A stretch of 4,331 nucleotides of DNA from a virus. Its lineage: Duplodnaviria; Heunggongvirae; Uroviricota; Caudoviricetes. Position numbers and translations under genes: made by a program. The stretch lies in the IMG/VR virus record IMGVR_UViG_2698536508_000019; one strand, given 5' to 3'. Shown here piece by piece: positions 1 through 4,331 of this stretch; within the stretch, counting starts at the first letter, position 1; the number at the start of each line of letters is the position of its first letter. A model generated the notes under the pieces. That model worked only from the letters and a program-made list of their open reading frames with translations, did not search any database and was not told the DNA's origin.

Positions 1-119
1 CAATACGGTTCTGACGAGTCGCTTACTTTTAACGTACCTTTTTTTATTCCTTTCAGCGCAATTAACTGCTCTTCGGATACCCATTTGCCGGGAGAGACAA
101 TCATGATTACTTCGCTCAT
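1..119 (-). CDS. 5' portion of a small ORF running off the window start (MSEVIMIVSPGKWVSEEQLIALKGIKKGTLKVSDSSEPY...); possibly excisionase-like (Xis/DUF1233-type) protein
   Basis: Hand translation of the minus strand from ATG at 119-117 (a second in-frame ATG lies at 104-102); the frame stays open to position 1. It lies 72 bp downstream of the exonuclease stop, in the same orientation, where lambdoid phages carry xis. The SD is weak (AAGAGA about 14 nt upstream). The excisionase-like call rests on recalled resemblance of the W-x-S-x-x-L-x-A-x-x-G-x-K-x-G-T-L pattern to putative excisionases; not verified. Confidence 0.4.
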   Translation of the reverse strand, partial: MSEVIMIVSPGKWVSEEQLIALKGIKKGTLKVSDSSEPY

Positions 120-148
120 CGATTTCTTTATCTCTTACATCAGACGAG

Positions 149-180
149 CGCCGGTTGCAGAATACCAGTCACAACCGGCG
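149..180 (-). other. GC-rich hairpin (9-bp stem cgccggttg / caaccggcg, 14-nt loop) in the 72-bp spacer between the exonuclease stop and the xis-like start
   Basis: Perfect inverted repeat 149-157 / 172-180 read directly from the sequence. No U-tract follows on either strand, so it is not a canonical intrinsic terminator; could be an mRNA processing or stability element. Confidence 0.4.
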
Positions 181-191
181 ACAGTTGAACA

Positions 192-2663
192 TTAAGAATC
201 AGCCTGACTCGGGATCAGTTTTTGCCAGATAACTGAAACGTATTTTGCCTGGTAACGGGCGTCATCAAGTGCATTATGGCGCTCACCTTCGAATGGAATA
301 GCCGTTCTGGCATCGAAGTCTATGGCTTTCCCCAGCTCAACGATTGTGCGTACATCGCGATCGTTGTAGTAACGCCACGGGCAGGGGATCCCCTGCCGTT
401 CGTATGAACGGCGCAAAATCGTGTTGTCGAAGTTGGCTCCATTTCCCCAGACCTGAACAAAAAATTCACCGGAGTTTTCGTCGATAAATTCCCGCAATTG
501 TAACAGTGCATCATCTAACGGGATTTCATCGGTCATAATGGCAGATTGCGCTTCGCGTGATTGCTTAAGCCACCATTTAATGGTGTCCCGATCAATGACT
601 CCGCCAGCAGTTTCCAGATCGATAGTCTTACTAAATTCCGGTCCCATATCTCCGGTTTGCGGATCGAAAAATATTGCACCTATTGAGATGATCGGGGCAT
701 CAGGATTTTTTCCCATGGTTTCAAGGTCGATCATTAGATGGTCACACGTCCTGCTGGTGGATGTGATTTCGTGATGACCGTTCACCTTAATTGGGTGATC
801 TGCCGTCTCGCCAGTTTCATTATCGCTATTGTGATGCTGATTGCCGCCAGTGTTCTCCTTGTGTGGATGTTCAGCGCCTTCCATTTCCTCCGGATCATCT
901 TCCTGAACTTCAACCTGATACTCTTCATCGAATGTTTCTTGGTATGTTGCGTCGCCCATCACCGCGCCACAATCAGGGCAGTTGCCGCCGCCGGTCTGAC
1001 CGCAGGCGGTGCAGGCTTTTTCCACTTCCTGTTGCGCCACTGGTTCAGGCTGTTTCGTTTCTGGCTCGTTTTGTAACGCATTTGGACTGTTTTGTTCCGC
1101 TTTTTGGTAGTTCCGTTCCGATTCATGCTGGTTCTGGTTCACAGAATCGCGGGTCTGGATCCCCTTAACCCATTTCGGATCATTCGGGTCACTAATCCCT
1201 TCAACAAATTCACCACGTGATGCAGCAAGCAACTTATCGGCGTCAGGCTGGCTGATATTGGCTGCCTGCATAATTTTGTTTACTTCGTCAGCGGTAACTT
1301 TTATCGGCTCTGGTTGTTCTGAATCTTCAGCGGTATCTACATTTTGCGGTAAGCCCGTGTATGTGCCATTTTTTCGGGCAAAATATTCTTCTTTTGTGAT
1401 TTCAGTGGCGCCAGCAGCCAGTGCCTTATCCAGACCAGAAAGTTTGTTTGCGCGACCGTATTTTTCTCCGTCCTTATCTGCGAAGAGGAAATAGAACGGC
1501 CCCTCACGCTCTACAGATGGTTCAGCTTCCGGCGCGGTTTCATTTTTTGGGATATCAGATACCTCAGTTTCCACTGCATCAGTTTGTGTTTCTGATGACT
1601 GGAGAACATCAACAGTGCCCAGGTCTGTTTCTTCATTCTCAAACACGCCCTTTGTCGTCAGGTATTCGCAGATATATTTGTTCAGTGCTACGGGATCTTT
1701 GTGAATGTCGATCGGACGCTCACGGACAAGGCCAAAAATAGTTTGGCGGTCGTAGCGAAGGGCATCAGGCTGTTTGCGCATTGATGCCGAGATACGCTTC
1801 CAGTCTTCGCGGTCGTTGTCGATAACTTCTTTTTTTGCCCAGCGATGGATGCTGCCGTCAATGTTTCCGGCATCCACATCACCAGGCCAGAGAGCGTAGG
1901 CCAGTTCGTCATCCAGTGTTTTCCATGTCTGCTTGTATTCGCGATGAATGGCAGCAATGACCGGGCTGATTTTTCCTGTTGAATTTTCAGTGTACTGTTG
2001 ATTGGCTCTGGCGCGGGCGAGATCAACAACAGACGTGTATTTTCCGGTTTCCTTGCGTTCACCTTCGCGACGTTTTTTCCAGATGCGCATCTCTGCCTGA
2101 ATTTCGGGCCATTTAGCACCAGGAATACATTTATGCTTAACCCACCCAATGGCGTGCAACTTAAGCTCCGGATACATGGCGTTAACTTCTGGCATTTTCA
2201 TCAACGCTTCAACGATATGTCCGTCGAATGTTGCCATGTCTTCCTGCAACAATTCCTGTGCGCTAATAACCATATCAACGGTGATGTTTTCACATGTGTC
2301 GAACTTAACCATGACAGCGTTCTGTACTTCAGGGGCCAGCTTGTCAAAAGTGACGTTCATCGGATCGGATTCAGTCTCAACCGGGACAAAAGAAGCAGAC
2401 TCCTCATCCCAGCGGTTTTCCTGCATATATTCAGCATCCCATGAATCGAGGGCAGGGCGGGGTATGCCAGGTTTATCCTCGCAGACAATAAATTTATAAG
2501 CGCAGTCCTGAGCAGCCGGATAATGTTCCAGGAACTGCCAGTGAAATTTTGCTCGAGCACGGCGTTCGTCGCCAGCTTCAATGGCTGTGGCTACAGCCAC
2601 AGAGCCTTCTTCCCTTGTTGCCAGTTCGTCAGGAATAGCGGCGCAAATAAAGACTTTACTCAT
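192..2663 (-). CDS. Exonuclease VIII-like mosaic protein: RecE-like middle segment, CxxC-x7-CxxC zinc-ribbon motif, C-terminal DEDDh (DnaQ-like) 3'-5' exonuclease domain
   Basis: Single 823-codon ORF (ATG 2663-2661, TAA 194-192). GAGG Shine-Dalgarno motif (plus-strand cctc at 2674-2677) sits 10 nt upstream of the ATG. Segment DKLLAASRGEFVEGISDPNDPKWVKGIQTRD (aa 476-506, nt 1146-1238) matches, from memory, a segment of E. coli Rac RecE. CTAC...CPDC at aa 551-565 (nt 969-1013). C-terminal domain (aa about 640-815, nt about 219-746) carries the three DEDDh motifs: LMIDLETMG (D646 at 726-728, E648 at 720-722), GANFDNTIL (D746), HNALDDA (H796 at 276-278, D801 at 261-263). Confidence 0.92.
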   Translation of the reverse strand: MSKVFICAAIPDELATREEGSVAVATAIEAGDERRARAKFHWQFLEHYPAAQDCAYKFIVCEDKPGIPRPALDSWDAEYMQENRWDEESASFVPVETESDPMNVTFDKLAPEVQNAVMVKFDTCENITVDMVISAQELLQEDMATFDGHIVEALMKMPEVNAMYPELKLHAIGWVKHKCIPGAKWPEIQAEMRIWKKRREGERKETGKYTSVVDLARARANQQYTENSTGKISPVIAAIHREYKQTWKTLDDELAYALWPGDVDAGNIDGSIHRWAKKEVIDNDREDWKRISASMRKQPDALRYDRQTIFGLVRERPIDIHKDPVALNKYICEYLTTKGVFENEETDLGTVDVLQSSETQTDAVETEVSDIPKNETAPEAEPSVEREGPFYFLFADKDGEKYGRANKLSGLDKALAAGATEITKEEYFARKNGTYTGLPQNVDTAEDSEQPEPIKVTADEVNKIMQAANISQPDADKLLAASRGEFVEGISDPNDPKWVKGIQTRDSVNQNQHESERNYQKAEQNSPNALQNEPETKQPEPVAQQEVEKACTACGQTGGGNCPDCGAVMGDATYQETFDEEYQVEVQEDDPEEMEGAEHPHKENTGGNQHHNSDNETGETADHPIKVNGHHEITSTSRTCDHLMIDLETMGKNPDAPIISIGAIFFDPQTGDMGPEFSKTIDLETAGGVIDRDTIKWWLKQSREAQSAIMTDEIPLDDALLQLREFIDENSGEFFVQVWGNGANFDNTILRRSYERQGIPCPWRYYNDRDVRTIVELGKAIDFDARTAIPFEGERHNALDDARYQAKYVSVIWQKLIPSQADS

Positions 2664-2756
2664 TTTGTTTTAACCTCATGACAGATTTAAGGATGAACAA
2701 ATCCCTGCCATTGCTGGCATATAAGAATGAAACCGGATATTTATTACGGAACTGTT

Positions 2757-2948
2757 TTAAAGACCTGCCGGGATTTCGATATTATCCTGGTGAATAACTT
2801 TATCGACCGGGTAACAGTTACCGGGAATTTTCTGTTCGGTTGCTGCAGTCATACACTCCTGCATTGTCCTGTGAACACTGACTGCAATATCAACTGGCAC
2901 TCCGGAAACAAGAAAAACTGTCAGAACAAGCGCAAATGCTGAATTCAT
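2757..2948 (-). CDS. Small hypothetical protein (63 aa) with a hydrophobic N-terminal segment; possible single-pass membrane or exported protein
   Basis: ATG at 2948-2946 overlaps the TGA (2947-2945) of the upstream gene as an ATGA coupling motif. An AAGGA SD-like sequence sits 9 nt upstream, inside the upstream gene's 3' end. Product MNSAFALVLTVFLVSGVPVDIAVSVHRTMQECMTAATEQKIPGNCYPVDKVIHQDNIEIPAGL has about 25 hydrophobic N-terminal residues and two Cys. The six-frame track extends this ORF to ATG 3002, but that would overlap the upstream gene by 58 nt in another frame. Confidence 0.55.
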   Translation of the reverse strand: MNSAFALVLTVFLVSGVPVDIAVSVHRTMQECMTAATEQKIPGNCYPVDKVIHQDNIEIPAGL

Positions 2949-3133
2949 TGTGCACATCCTTTTGGCATCAGACGTAAACGAGCCAGCATTGAAACAATGC
3001 ATATTTTATTTAATAGCTCCCGTTCTTGTTTTCTCTTGTTAATGGCATCTTCAGTAAATACAGGGTTACTGATAGTGACACCAATTTCAAAACAACCTTC
3101 AGACGTATTAACGTTTGGTAATAACGTTTTCAT
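2945..3133 (-). CDS. Small hypothetical protein (62 aa); Kil-like (KilR-type host-killing protein) by position only
   Basis: ATG at 3133-3131 is preceded by a strong SD (GAGGA, plus-strand tcctc at 3141-3145, 7-nt spacer). Product MKTLLPNVNTSEGCFEIGVTISNPVFTEDAINKRKQERELLNKICIVSMLARLRLMPKGCAQ; TGA at 2947-2945. Position and ATGA coupling to the next small gene mirror the kilR-ydaE arrangement upstream of recE in Rac. No sequence-level identification was possible. Confidence 0.6.
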   Translation of the reverse strand: MKTLLPNVNTSEGCFEIGVTISNPVFTEDAINKRKQERELLNKICIVSMLARLRLMPKGCAQ

Positions 3134-3150
3134 TATCGCGTCCTCAACAA

Positions 3151-3298
3151 TGAATTTTGTGATGCAGTGCCTGGTGCCTCCAGGTGACGTTAACCAGTTA
3201 ACAATTAACGTCGGATACAGAGAATCCACCCATAACACTGTTTTTGGTTTTAACTGTTCCGCGTGCGCTTAGCCGTATTCACCGCATCACAAAATTCA
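3151..3298. repeat. Pair of 19-bp inverted repeats (18/19 match; 15-bp perfect core tgaattttgtgatgc / gcatcacaaaattca) bracketing a 110-bp segment
   Basis: Left arm 3151-3169 (tgaattttgtgatgcagtg) and right arm 3280-3298 (caccgcatcacaaaattca) are reverse complements with one a/g mismatch. The left arm ends 18 nt upstream of the Kil-like ATG and abuts its SD. Confidence 0.8.
3186..3212. promoter_or_regulatory. Operator-like palindromic cluster gacGTTAACcaGTTAACaaTTAACgtc (8-bp inverted outer arms, three TTAAC repeats)
   Basis: Read directly: gacgttaa (3186-3193) is the reverse complement of ttaacgtc (3205-3212); GTTAAC palindromes at 3189-3194 and 3197-3202. It lies 55-80 bp upstream of the leftward Kil-like gene, inside the segment bracketed by the 19-bp inverted repeats. 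A CCTGG-n5-CCAGG mini-hairpin (3170-3184) is adjacent. Confidence 0.4.
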
Positions 3299-3385
3299 CT
3301 TTAAAAAGGGCGGCAGAGCAGTCACGGAGTAAAACTGATACCGCCAAACGTCACCAGAAAATTGATAACAGAGGGCGTTGCAGCG

Positions 3386-3556
3386 GGGTTGTCACTTAAG
3401 CGTATGGTCAACCTGACAACCCGGTGTCCTCAACGGGGAAGGAATAACCCCGCCATACTTACCGCCGCGCCATTTTGCGGGTTGCCACAACCGGAAGCGC
3501 ACGGTCGAATTAAATTTAACGACACCGTACAGTGAGACGAACTTCGCCGTGCGCTT
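3386..3556. other. Cluster of nested inverted repeats in an ORF-poor, relatively GC-rich stretch; possible structured RNA or attenuator-like element or multi-site regulatory DNA
   Basis: Inverted repeats read from the sequence: gggttgtca/tgacaaccc (3386-3394 / 3414-3422); cgggg/ccccg (3434-3438 / 3448-3452); aagcgcacgg/ccgtgcgctt (3495-3504 / 3547-3556, 10 bp perfect). An inner hairpin around the 10-bp palindrome TTAAATTTAA (3510-3519) has a stem (3501-3507) that overlaps the left arm of the 10-bp repeat, so the two pairings are mutually exclusive. No ORF with an RBS or protein-like composition was found here. Confidence 0.35.
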
Positions 3557-3598
3557 TCGTGTTGTGTGCCTGCTTTTAACCACGTCAGGCGAGGTGGT

Positions 3599-3627
3599 AT
3601 CCTTAAAATCACCACAGTTTTAAGGAT
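3599..3627. promoter_or_regulatory. 10-bp perfect inverted repeat atccttaaaa-n9-ttttaaggat whose right arm contains the Shine-Dalgarno sequence of the downstream membrane-protein gene
   Basis: 3599-3608 and 3618-3627 are exact reverse complements; AAGGA (3622-3626) lies 11 nt upstream of ATG 3638. Could be an operator or an SD-sequestering RNA hairpin. Confidence 0.45.
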
Positions 3628-3637
3628 TCATTAAGCA

Positions 3638-3958
3638 ATGTCGCAACCACCAATAAATCCGCTTAAGAACATGAAAATTGATTACTGGTATAAAGCGCTT
3701 ACAGTTGTTGGCGCTGCGTTGTTTGTCTTTAATGGAACGTCTTTTTTTGACAGATATCCCGTTGTTCCATTGGGTTTTTTGTCCTCCGGCATCTTTTTTA
3801 TTGGTTTGGGGGAGTGGATTAATCACCCTCTCATAGTGAGATTTATTGGTCCTGGAGTTTGGACTCGTGGATATAATCGTTCTTCGTGCGCACTCGGTAT
3901 CATCTTCGACATACTTGGTTGTTTCCTGATTGTTACAGGAGTCGTCAAGTTCTTCTGA
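3638..3958 (+). CDS. Small integral membrane protein (106 aa, about 3 predicted TM helices); candidate SieB-like superinfection-exclusion protein by position
   Basis: ATG 3638 with AAGGA SD; TGA at 3956-3958. Product has three hydrophobic helices (TVVGAALFVF, LGFLSSGIFFIGLG, ALGIIFDILGCFLIVTGVV) with charged residues between them. The overlapping minus-strand ORFs are K/N/R/T-rich, as expected for the antisense of a membrane-protein gene. It is divergent from the Kil-like operon across a roughly 500-bp gap, as sieB is in Rac. Confidence 0.6.
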   Translation: MSQPPINPLKNMKIDYWYKALTVVGAALFVFNGTSFFDRYPVVPLGFLSSGIFFIGLGEWINHPLIVRFIGPGVWTRGYNRSSCALGIIFDILGCFLIVTGVVKFF

Positions 3959-4058
3959 TGTAAAACCGCAAATGGGGCACGTAACGGGAATTTTGAAAAG
4001 CGTTTCTCCGGGTTCCAGAACAAAATTTTCTGCGGTCTGATTTTGCTTCTCATATTTG

Positions 4059-4331
4059 TGAGGTAGCCTGAGTTTAACGGACACTCCTTCCTGAAATAGA
4101 ATGGCATCAGAAGGAGCTAATAATGAGCAGAAAAACCCAACGTTACTCTAAAGAGTTCAAAGCCGAAGCTGTCAGAACGGTTCTTGAAAATCAACTTTCG
4201 ATCAGTGAAGGCGCTTCCCGATTATCTCTTCCTGAAGGCACTTTAGGACAATGGGTTACCGCCGCCAGAAAAGGGCTCGGTACTCCTGGTTCCCGCACGG
4301 TGGCTGAACTGGAATCTGAAATTCTGCAACT
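4059..4331 (+). mobile_element. Left end of an IS3-family insertion sequence (possibly IS600-like), extending beyond the window
   Basis: A TGAGG... terminus typical of IS3-family ends (5'-TG) begins at about 4059, 64 bp upstream of an orfA-type gene with a strong SD (AAGGAG 4111-4116). The OrfA N-terminus is an IS3-family HTH protein. The exact boundary is uncertain by a few bp, and the IS600 assignment is from memory. Confidence 0.75.
4123..4331 (+). CDS. IS3-family transposase OrfA (HTH DNA-binding subunit), N-terminal part, continues past window end
   Basis: ATG 4123 preceded by AAGGAG with a 6-nt spacer. Translation MSRKTQRYSKEFKAEAVRTVLENQLSISEGASRLSLPEGTLGQWVTAARKGLGTPGSRTVAELESEILQL has the characteristic (Y/F)SxEFKxxAV opening and HTH of IS3-family OrfA proteins; the open frame runs to the window end. 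Confidence 0.85.
   Translation, partial: MSRKTQRYSKEFKAEAVRTVLENQLSISEGASRLSLPEGTLGQWVTAARKGLGTPGSRTVAELESEILQ

Noticed and set aside
753-760. Chi octamer GCTGGTGG on the plus strand inside the exonuclease gene
   Set aside because: A single octamer is expected by chance at about 0.13 per window of this size on two strands, and Chi is generally over-represented in E. coli-like genomes. No functional inference is justified.
320-2581. Track ORFs inside the exonuclease gene on either strand or in alternative frames (320..514 -, 538..774 +, 738..1076 +, 791..1168 +, 1258..1494 +, 1421..1741 +, 1688..2149 -, 1998..2444 +, 2149..2499 +, 2357..2581 -)
   Set aside because: All are fully embedded in the 823-codon exonuclease ORF, which has clear catalytic motifs and an RBS. 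Their translations are Arg/Cys/Ser-rich or low-complexity with no start signals, as expected for shadow ORFs of a long gene.
2727-3272. Plus-strand ORFs 2727..2942 and 2997..3272, and the longer start choices for the two small minus-strand genes (ATG 3002; GTG 3238)
   Set aside because: The plus-strand ORFs are antisense to the two coupled small genes and lack an SD. For the minus-strand genes, ATG 3133 has a strong GAGGA SD and ATG 2948 is ATGA-coupled, whereas the longer starts would force a 58-nt out-of-frame overlap or place the start inside the repeat-rich promoter region. The longer forms cannot be fully excluded.
3158-3292. CRP-like TGTGA / TCACA half-sites within the 19-bp inverted-repeat arms
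   Set aside because: The half-sites are about 125 bp apart, not the 6-bp spacing of a CRP site; the resemblance is incidental to the inverted repeat.
3299-3330. Possible nutL-like boxA/boxB antitermination site on the minus strand (CTGCTCTGCC near a CCCTTTTTAAAG element)
   Set aside because: The boxA match is partial and there is no boxB-like GC stem with a purine-rich loop at the right spacing. It cannot be distinguished from chance by eye.
3392-3615. Minus-strand ORFs 3392..3583 and 3430..3615
   Set aside because: They overlap each other in different frames within the GC-rich palindromic region, have no RBS, and translate to Arg/Pro/Gly-rich low-complexity sequence. The openness is more likely a by-product of GC-rich structured DNA.
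3134-3637. Retron msr/msd, CRISPR array, tRNA or type I toxin peptide in the large intergenic region
   Set aside because: There is no reverse transcriptase gene adjacent, no regularly spaced direct repeats, no cloverleaf-compatible segment, and no short hydrophobic ORF: the ATG-initiated peptides found by hand (43 aa at 3404 on plus; 15 aa at 3455 on minus) are hydrophilic and lack an RBS.
3620-4107. Minus-strand ORFs 3620..4084 (154 aa) and 3823..4107 (94 aa)
   Set aside because: Both begin inside the IS left end (past 4059), so their starts are fortuitous. Their K/N/R/T-rich composition is the expected antisense image of the hydrophobic plus-strand membrane-protein gene, which has a proper SD and coherent TM helices.

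Overview
This window reads like the integrase-proximal early-left region of a lambdoid/Rac-type enterobacterial prophage, ending in the left terminus of an IS3-family insertion sequence. I see no clear novel system; the most interesting signals are a mosaic exonuclease gene and a repeat-dense, ORF-poor 500-bp region. All family assignments are from reading the translations and from memory, since no searches could be run.

On the minus strand, in transcription order (high to low coordinates):
- a 62-aa Kil-like small protein (2945..3133);
- a translationally coupled 63-aa protein with a hydrophobic N-terminus (2757..2948);
- an 823-aa exonuclease VIII-like gene (192..2663) whose C-terminus carries DEDDh (DnaQ-like) 3'-5' exonuclease motifs rather than a RecE-type nuclease, plus a CxxC-x7-CxxC zinc-ribbon motif;
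- the 5' part of a small, possibly excisionase-like ORF (1..119). No recT-like gene follows the exonuclease.

On the plus strand:
- a 106-aa predicted three-helix membrane protein (3638..3958), a candidate SieB-like exclusion protein by position;
- from about 4059, an IS3-family left end with a partial orfA (4123..4331+).

Between the divergent genes lies a roughly 500-bp stretch (3134..3637) with no convincing ORF. It contains a 19-bp inverted-repeat pair bracketing a GTTAAC-rich palindrome, several nested hairpins, and a 10-bp inverted repeat over the membrane gene's ribosome-binding site.
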